From the NCBI GenBank assembly GCA_965279375.1, contig OZ257156.1:4736001-4800000 (forward strand): a stretch of DNA of 64,000 nt, read 5' to 3'. Below are positions 57,509 to 64,000 of the stretch, piece by piece (position 1 is the stretch's first letter; every line of letters starts with the position of its first letter). The notes under the pieces are model-generated. The model had not been told where the DNA came from. It was given only the letters and a program-made list of their open reading frames with translations, and did not search any database. The position numbers and the translations under genes were made by a program. This stretch comes from Gemmatimonas sp. (lineage in GTDB: Bacteria > Gemmatimonadota > Gemmatimonadetes > Gemmatimonadales > Gemmatimonadaceae).

Positions 57509-59734
57509 ATGTCGGCTCAGGCCACGCGCGTCAATCAGATCGTCAGCTCTGCTCTTCATTTGGACGTTGACCAGGGTCGCTGGCGCGCACTCACGCGACA
57601 GCTCGATCCTACCGCTCCCATTGCCGCGCGAATCCGCTCCATCGGTGGCGCCGTTGATATCGGATATCTCGATCGGGAATTGCCGCTGGAGACGCTGCGG
57701 GAAGCGATCCGGGAGCGCACGACGCCGCTCGTTCTGCTGAACGATACGTCGGACGAGGCGGTCATCCTCTGCCGAGACGAGCGCGATGAGGTGCAGGCAC
57801 TGGTCGTCCGGCGCAACGGCAGCGATGAGACACTGCGCGAGAATGGGCAGAAGCTGGCCGATCAGATCTGGCAGCGGCTTGGGTCGCCCACCGTGGCGAC
57901 TGCGCTCGCGCCGTTGGCACTGCGCTCCGCGATCAGCGCCATGCCATCGTCTCGGCCGCACAGCCCCGCCAGCACCGGCACACACGACGACGAGCCCGAT
58001 CATCATCCATCGCCTGTCGAGCGCACGCTCACGCTCTTTGCGCGCGAGAAGCGCGAGATCCTGTCGATCTTCTTTTACGCCACGCTCGCGGGCGGGCTCA
58101 GTCTCGTGCTACCGCTGGCCGTCGGCGGCATTGTGCAACTGGTGCAGGGGCGACTGTTCCTGCAGCCGGTAGTTCTGCTCATCTCCTTCGTGGTGCTGGG
58201 CACCATCGTGGCCGGGGTGATTCAGGTCGGTTTGCTGCGCGTGGTGGAGCGCATCCAGCAGCGTGTCTTCGCGCGCATGGCACTCGAGTTCGCGTTCCGC
58301 GTGCCGCGCATGCGTTACAGCGCGTCGCTCGAGACCAACCTCCCGGAGCAGATGAATCGGCTCTTCGAGGCGATCGCCATCCAGAAGGGTGTGCAGAAGA
58401 TCCTGCTCGAGGTCCCGACGGCGCTTTTGACCATCCTGTTCAGTCTCGTCCTGCTGACGCTGTACAGCCCGTGGTTTTCAGTGTTTGCGATCGTGGTGAC
58501 GGCGCTGTTGTACGTCGTGATCCGCTGGACCGGGCCCGAGGGGCTCGAGACGTCCATCGTGGAGTCGAAGTACAAGTACAAGGCCGTGCACTGGCTCGAG
58601 GAGCTCGCGCGCGCCTTCCACGCGTTCAAGTACGCCGGCGACTCGATGCTGCCGGTGGAGCGCATGGATGACGTAGTCACCGGCTACCTCAAGTATCGTC
58701 GCAAGCACTTCGCGGTCATCGTCAAGCAGACCGTGGCACTGATCGGCTTCAAGACGTTCATCACTGCGGCGGTGCTCATCATCGGCGCCACGCTCGTGCA
58801 GACGAATCGACTCTTGCTCGGCCAGTTCGTTGCGGCCGAAATCGTGATCGTCACCGTGCTCGCAGGCGTCGAGAAGTTGATTTCGAGTCTCTCCACCGTC
58901 TACGACATCCTGACATCGGTGGACAAGTCGGGACACGTCGCCGACATCCCGCTGGAGCCGCGTGGGGGCCTCGCGCCGATCAACACACCGGGGGTGGGCA
59001 TCGCCATCGAAACCAAGGACGTGCGCTTCCGGTACGCCGGCGCGTCGAATCCGTCGGTTGACGGTATCTCGATCTCCGTTCGTCCGGGTGAGCGCGTGGC
59101 CATCATGGGTTTCGACGGATCCGGCCGCTCCACGCTCCTCAAGCTGCTGGGCGGGCTCATCGACGAGTACGACGGCACGATTCGCTTTGATGGCATCACG
59201 CTGCGCGACCTGGACCGCCCGGCACTGCGCGCGCGCATCGGGCAGATGCTGTCGTGGACGGACCTGTTCGAAGGCACCGTCGAGGAGAACGTCAGCGTCG
59301 GTCGTGCGCACATCACGCCCTTGCAGGTGCGTCGCGCGCTCGACGATCTGGCCCTCACCGACGAAGTGCAGCAGCTGCCGAACGGCATGCAAACCGAAAT
59401 CACCAACAGCGGTCGCACGCTGCCGGCACATCTCGCGAACAAGCTGCTCGTGGCACAAGGGATCGCGGGCGATCCGCGGCTGGTCGTGCTCGACGACTTC
59501 TTCCAGAATCTCGACGCCGGCTCACGAGCCCTGATCATTCAATTGCTCACGGATCGTGCGCGACCTTGGACGGTCGTCGCGGTGTCAAACGATCCCAATC
59601 TGCTCGCTGCGTTCGATCGCGTGATCGTGGTGCATGAGGGACGCGTGGTGAAGGAAGGACCCTTCGAAGAGTTGCAGCACGATCCGATCTGCCGCTTGTT
59701 GCTGCATGATCCCTCCAGCTCGGTGGAGGCGTAA
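57509..59734 (+). CDS. Type I secretion-like ABC transporter (TMD + degenerate NBD)
   Basis: Six-TM ABC membrane domain with LGQFVAAEI. NBD motifs read GFDGSGRST, LPAHL and LVVLDD. Confidence 0.88.
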   Translation: MSAQATRVNQIVSSALHLDVDQGRWRALTRQLDPTAPIAARIRSIGGAVDIGYLDRELPLETLREAIRERTTPLVLLNDTSDEAVILCRDERDEVQALVVRRNGSDETLRENGQKLADQIWQRLGSPTVATALAPLALRSAISAMPSSRPHSPASTGTHDDEPDHHPSPVERTLTLFAREKREILSIFFYATLAGGLSLVLPLAVGGIVQLVQGRLFLQPVVLLISFVVLGTIVAGVIQVGLLRVVERIQQRVFARMALEFAFRVPRMRYSASLETNLPEQMNRLFEAIAIQKGVQKILLEVPTALLTILFSLVLLTLYSPWFSVFAIVVTALLYVVIRWTGPEGLETSIVESKYKYKAVHWLEELARAFHAFKYAGDSMLPVERMDDVVTGYLKYRRKHFAVIVKQTVALIGFKTFITAAVLIIGATLVQTNRLLLGQFVAAEIVIVTVLAGVEKLISSLSTVYDILTSVDKSGHVADIPLEPRGGLAPINTPGVGIAIETKDVRFRYAGASNPSVDGISISVRPGERVAIMGFDGSGRSTLLKLLGGLIDEYDGTIRFDGITLRDLDRPALRARIGQMLSWTDLFEGTVEENVSVGRAHITPLQVRRALDDLALTDEVQQLPNGMQTEITNSGRTLPAHLANKLLVAQGIAGDPRLVVLDDFFQNLDAGSRALIIQLLTDRARPWTVVAVSNDPNLLAAFDRVIVVHEGRVVKEGPFEELQHDPICRLLLHDPSSSVEA

Positions 59735-59736
59735 CC

Positions 59737-61107
59737 ATGGCCAACAATCAAAGGCAATCCGATCTCGACCTCGAGCGCGAACTCAAGCGCCTGCCGCTCG
59801 AAACCACCGCACTGCTGGGCGAGGCCGACACCGGTCGTGTCGTCTCGCGCTGGTTGATCGGCATTCTGGTGACCCTCATCGTCATCCTGTTTCTCCCCTG
59901 GCAGCAGAACGTGCAGGGCGAAGGGAATGTGACGGCGCTGAGTCCTTCCGATCGTCCGCAGTCGCTCACGACGCGCATCGACGGTCGCATCGAGCAGTGG
60001 TTCGTGAGCGAGGGGCAGTACGTCAAGAAGGGCGACTCCATCGCGCGCATCTCGGAAATCAAGGATGACTATCTCAATCCGAACGTGCTGCCGCTCACGA
60101 CGCAGCAGCAGCAGGCCAAGGAATCGGCGATTGCGGAGAAGTTGAACAAGGCCGCCGCGCTCGAGACACAGATTGTGCAGCAGGAGGCGCAGCGCGACTT
60201 CAAGCTGCAGCAGACGCGCAACAAGGTGGAGCAGTATCGCGCCGAGATCCGACAGGCGTCGCTCGAGGATTCCGTCGCACGCGATCAGCTGCGTCGTCGC
60301 GAGCGGCTGTATCGCGACACGCTGGGACTCGTGTCGGTGAACGAGTTGCAGACGTTCCAGATCCGTGTGCAGTCTGCTGCGGCCAAGCTCATCGAAAAGC
60401 AGCAGATGCTGGCGATCACCGAAACCGACCTGCAGAGCATTCCTGCGGAGTACGGCGAGAAGATCGCCAAGGCTCGCTCTGATCGGGCGGCCACGCTGGC
60501 GGAGGTGAGCGAATCGCGCTCCGAAGTGGCCAAGCTCAAGGACAAGGTGGGCTCCCTCACCATTCGCAACGGCTTCTACCTCATCGAGGCGCCGCAGGAT
60601 GGCTATGTGGTGCGCGCGTCCAAGGCCGGCCAGGGTGAGATCGTGAAAGCGGGCGACGCGATCGTCACGTTGCAGCCGGCGCGTCCGCGCAAGGCTGTGG
60701 AGCTGTTCGTCAAGCCGATGGACGTCGCCCTGCTCAAGCCCGGGCGCCATGTGCGTGTGTTCTTCGATGGCTGGCCGGCACTGCAGATCAGCGGCTGGCC
60801 GCAAGTCGCCGTCGGCACCTTTGGCGCGCAGGTGGTGGTGATCGACCAGTTCCCGTCAAAGGGCGGCAAGTTCCGCGTGCTGTTGATCGAAGACATCACG
60901 CGCGATGCGCCTTGGCCGGCTCAGTTGCGACTTGGCACGGGCGCACAGGGATGGGCCATGCTCGACAACGTGACCGTCGGCTGGGAAATCTGGCGCACAC
61001 TCAACGGCTTCCCGCTCTCCATCAATCCGGATGAAGCGTTGCCGGGCACTGAAGTGGCGGGCGACAAGGGAAGCAAGGACGGCGCGAAGGGCGGAGGCAA
61101 GCCGTGA
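59737..61107 (+). CDS. HlyD-family membrane fusion protein
   Basis: TM with LPWQQNVQGEG, lipoyl half-motifs, long coiled coil, and FDGWPALQISGWP. Confidence 0.9.
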   Translation: MANNQRQSDLDLERELKRLPLETTALLGEADTGRVVSRWLIGILVTLIVILFLPWQQNVQGEGNVTALSPSDRPQSLTTRIDGRIEQWFVSEGQYVKKGDSIARISEIKDDYLNPNVLPLTTQQQQAKESAIAEKLNKAAALETQIVQQEAQRDFKLQQTRNKVEQYRAEIRQASLEDSVARDQLRRRERLYRDTLGLVSVNELQTFQIRVQSAAAKLIEKQQMLAITETDLQSIPAEYGEKIAKARSDRAATLAEVSESRSEVAKLKDKVGSLTIRNGFYLIEAPQDGYVVRASKAGQGEIVKAGDAIVTLQPARPRKAVELFVKPMDVALLKPGRHVRVFFDGWPALQISGWPQVAVGTFGAQVVVIDQFPSKGGKFRVLLIEDITRDAPWPAQLRLGTGAQGWAMLDNVTVGWEIWRTLNGFPLSINPDEALPGTEVAGDKGSKDGAKGGGKP

Positions 61108-62624
61108 TGCGCCGAGCCGTCATGTGCATCGCCAGTGGACGCCGCACGACGTCGATGCTCCTCTCGTCGCTGCTCGTACCATCGCTGCTCGTCGCACAGC
61201 CGCGTCGCTCGTCCGACAGCACGGTCACCCGAACCGCGGAACTGGTGGGCGCACGCATCGATACCTCGGGCGTGCCGTTCACCTTCCCCGCGTTCGTCGA
61301 CCTCATCCTGCGGGAGCATCCGGTCGCGCAGCAAGCCAAGCTCGTCGCGGCTGCGGCGCGCAATGACCTGCGCACAGCGTGGGGCGCGTTCGATCCAACC
61401 ATCTCCGCGAGCTGGGATCAGAAGCGGTTCGGCGGCACGACGTACTACAACTACTTCGACGCCGAAATGAAGATTCCGCTCCCCGTTGGCGCGGATGTCA
61501 CCATCGCCTTCGACCGGACCGCGGGTCGCTACATCAATCCCGATCGCCGCACGAACGGCGGTGGCACCTTCGAGGCCGGGATCAGCATTCCCCTTGGCCA
61601 GCGCATCGTGACCGATGAGCGTCGCAACGCGCTGGTGCAGGCGCGTGCGGCTCGTGATGCCGGTGCAGCTGACCAGACTGCGATGATCAACAAGCTCCTG
61701 TACAGTGCCGCCAAGGACTACGGCGGCTGGTACGAGTCCTGGCGACGTCGCGCGGTGGCGCAAGAGGGCGAAGCGCTGGCCGACTTCCGCCTCACCGCGG
61801 TTCGCCGACGCGTGATCAACGGAGAGAGCGCGCCCATCGACACGATCGAAGCGATGCTGGAACTGCAGCGGCGACAGGTCACACGCTTCGAAGCGGAAGC
61901 AGCCTTCTATCTCGCGACGCTCGACGTCACGGCCTATCTCTGGGATGATGCCGGACGTCCAGCTCCGTTGCCGCGCGACGCCAAGCCGGTGCTCGATGGC
62001 ATCGAACGCAGCCAGGTGGACTCCACCCAGCTCGACTCGTTGCTCTCGCTTGCCACACGCCGCAATCCGGATCTGCTCAAGGTGCAGGCCCGCGTGAAGC
62101 AGGCGCAGGCGACCCGCCTCTTCACAACGCAGGGGCTGCTGCCGCTCGCCGAGGGCAAGCTGGCTGGACTGAGTGAGCAAGGCTCCGACGATGCGTTTCT
62201 CGATGGCGCGCGCCTCGATGACAACTACAAGGCCGGGCTGTCCATCAAGTCGCCGCTGCTGTTCCTCAAGGAGACCGGCCGTTTCGGTGCGGCGGGCCAA
62301 CGACTCGAATTCCAGCGCCTCGAGCTCGACCGGCTGCGGCGCAACACAGAGTTCGACGCGCGTGCGGCGATCTTCGATCTCGCCAACCTCGAGCGCATGC
62401 TCGGCCTGCAGCGCAACAACGTCCGGAACGCACGGCTACTGCGCGACGCCGAGCAGATCCGCTACGAGAACGGAGAAAGCACCCTGTTGATCGTGAATAT
62501 TCGCGAACGGCTGGTTCTCGACGAATCGGTCAAGCTCGCCGCCCTTGAAGCAAAGGTCGCCAGTGCGCGCGGAGCGCTGGTGGTCGCCACCGGCGAGCGT
62601 GCGCTGCTCACGCCCAAGCAGTAA
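61107..62624 (+). CDS. TolC-family outer-membrane channel
   Basis: AWGAFDP, GISIPL and YENGESTLL motifs; third gene of the ABC-MFP-OMF operon. Confidence 0.9.
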   Translation: MRRAVMCIASGRRTTSMLLSSLLVPSLLVAQPRRSSDSTVTRTAELVGARIDTSGVPFTFPAFVDLILREHPVAQQAKLVAAAARNDLRTAWGAFDPTISASWDQKRFGGTTYYNYFDAEMKIPLPVGADVTIAFDRTAGRYINPDRRTNGGGTFEAGISIPLGQRIVTDERRNALVQARAARDAGAADQTAMINKLLYSAAKDYGGWYESWRRRAVAQEGEALADFRLTAVRRRVINGESAPIDTIEAMLELQRRQVTRFEAEAAFYLATLDVTAYLWDDAGRPAPLPRDAKPVLDGIERSQVDSTQLDSLLSLATRRNPDLLKVQARVKQAQATRLFTTQGLLPLAEGKLAGLSEQGSDDAFLDGARLDDNYKAGLSIKSPLLFLKETGRFGAAGQRLEFQRLELDRLRRNTEFDARAAIFDLANLERMLGLQRNNVRNARLLRDAEQIRYENGESTLLIVNIRERLVLDESVKLAALEAKVASARGALVVATGERALLTPKQ

Positions 62625-62657
62625 CCTTGAGGAGACATTTCTCCAGACGGTACGAGT

Positions 62658-62936
62658 ATGCGTGAGCAGGACGAGTGGGAACTCCCGGAAGACCCCGATG
62701 ACGACGCGGAACTCGACGAGGAGTTTCCGCTCGGCGATGGTGTCGCCGATCGATCGAGCGAAGTGCATTGCCCGTATTGCGGCGAGGCCGTCGAGATCAC
62801 GCTCGATCCCGGATCGGGGTCCACGCAGGAGTACATCGAAGACTGCGAGGTGTGTTGTCGCCCGTGGCATGTGTCGGTGACATATCACGAAGACGGCAGT
62901 GCGGAGGTCTTCGTGGACGCGAGCGACGATACGTGA
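62658..62936 (+). CDS. CPXCG-motif cysteine-rich protein
   Basis: CPYCGE..QEYIEDCEVCCRPW motif. Confidence 0.88.
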   Translation: MREQDEWELPEDPDDDAELDEEFPLGDGVADRSSEVHCPYCGEAVEITLDPGSGSTQEYIEDCEVCCRPWHVSVTYHEDGSAEVFVDASDDT

Positions 62937-64000
62937 TGTCTGAGCTGCCGCCGACTGCAGAGGAGATTCGCCAGCTGTTGCCCGGTGCCCTGCACCGACC
63001 GGCCGCGGAAGGCGCTCGCATCGTGTCGCTCCACTGGCTGCACCAGCTGCATCAGGCACGACTCGCCTGGTCATTGGCATCGCTGCCGGGCGAGGGTGGT
63101 CTCAACGAGTCGGACCCGCCTCGCTCACCGCCGCGGCAGGCGATGCAGGCACTGCATCGTGCACGGGTCTCGCTCCGGCGCCTGCGTGCGTCATGCAAGG
63201 AGCATCGCGATCTGCTCGAAGGCAGCCGGCTCGGTCGTTTGCGGGCGGCACTCACGCGACTGCAGCGCGCGACGAATTCGGCGCGCGATGCCGACGTGCA
63301 ACTCGACTGGCTGAACGCGGAAGCCGATGGACTGCCTGAGCTCGCGCGCGAGCAGGCCGAATCGCTGCGCGAACAGATCGCGGCAAGCCGTACCAAGCAA
63401 CAGGAACGAGTGGCCAACGCGCTGCGTCGTCATCTCGATTCGACGTTCGAGCGCGCGTGCGAGCGGCTGTCGTTGATGCAGCAGACCATCCGCATTGGCG
63501 ACGATCGCGCACCGATGACGTTTGCCTCGCACCTCGCTTCGCGCATCGAACGTTCGGCAGTGTCGCTGCAGCGTGAGCTCGACACGCTGCCGACGCTTGA
63601 TGCCGACACGTTGCCGGCGGCGCTCCACCACATCCGCATTCACCTCAAGCGGCAGCGTGCGCTGTTGGCACCGCACACCACCGAGCATGCCGCGCTCGCC
63701 ACATGGTACGGCATGGCCACCCGCGGCCAGGATCTGCTGGGCGCAATGCGTGACGCGGCAGTGCTGGCCGCGCAGGCGCGATACGACGGCGCGGAGGAGC
63801 TTGCGCAGGTACTCGATGGGGTGGCGCTGGCGCACGAAGACGCATTTCGGCTGGGCTGGAGCGCCGACCGTGATGCCATTGCGCGTGCGCAGCTCGGCGC
63901 CGCGCAAGCGTTGCGGTCGATGAGCGTGGCTCCCACGCGCGACGGACTGCCGATGGAGTACGAGCGGAAGTATCTGCTGCGCGGCTGTCCGCCCGAGGGA
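62936..64000 (+). CDS. CHAD-domain protein fused to a CYTH domain (3' end runs off the window)
   Basis: Not in the track (no stop in window). The frame from ATG 62936 gives LHRARVSLRRLRA, RDADVQ, LHHIRIHLKRQR and QDLLG, then MEYERKYLL (CYTH ExExK) at 63953. Confidence 0.85.
   Translation, partial: MSELPPTAEEIRQLLPGALHRPAAEGARIVSLHWLHQLHQARLAWSLASLPGEGGLNESDPPRSPPRQAMQALHRARVSLRRLRASCKEHRDLLEGSRLGRLRAALTRLQRATNSARDADVQLDWLNAEADGLPELAREQAESLREQIAASRTKQQERVANALRRHLDSTFERACERLSLMQQTIRIGDDRAPMTFASHLASRIERSAVSLQRELDTLPTLDADTLPAALHHIRIHLKRQRALLAPHTTEHAALATWYGMATRGQDLLGAMRDAAVLAAQARYDGAEELAQVLDGVALAHEDAFRLGWSADRDAIARAQLGAAQALRSMSVAPTRDGLPMEYERKYLLRGCPPEG

Overview
GC-rich bacterial chromosomal segment. 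Gene content and order suggest Gemmatimonadota (Gemmatimonas-like); this is inference, not a database match. The window is mostly housekeeping: a sugar-nucleotide/GH109 cluster, an M1 peptidase, the F0+delta half of the ATP synthase operon, moxR, gcvT, bcp, argF, hslU/hslV, xerC, trmFO, topA, smg, aroK/aroC, a type IV pilus locus (pilMNOPQ, minor pilins, two near-identical pilA copies, pilRS), a CNNM protein, arfB, an ABC/HlyD/TolC exporter and a CHAD-CYTH gene. Two uncharacterised systems stand out. (1) At 12.5-18.5 kb, a 23-aa peptide gene missing from the ORF track (MGILAQLVNAIMSFALADAKVWG, SD GGAGGTGA) sits directly upstream of a membrane HD-GYP phosphodiesterase. That gene converges on a wHTH-BTAD-STAND ATPase-helical-repeat regulator, and the peptide, the HD-GYP gene and the regulator's C-terminal part share a low-GC patch. 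This is a candidate peptide-sensing cyclic-dinucleotide signalling cassette. (2) At 56.9 kb, a hydrophobic-N-terminus uORF ending in RAPP, a ribosome-arrest motif, precedes a type I-like exporter with a degenerate ATPase. Also seen: a Rex-type operator before the atp operon, sigma54 promoters with identically spaced upstream dyads before both pilA copies, and enrichment of D-(S/T)-hydrophobic sequons in exported proteins. No rRNA, tRNA, CRISPR array or transposase was recognised.
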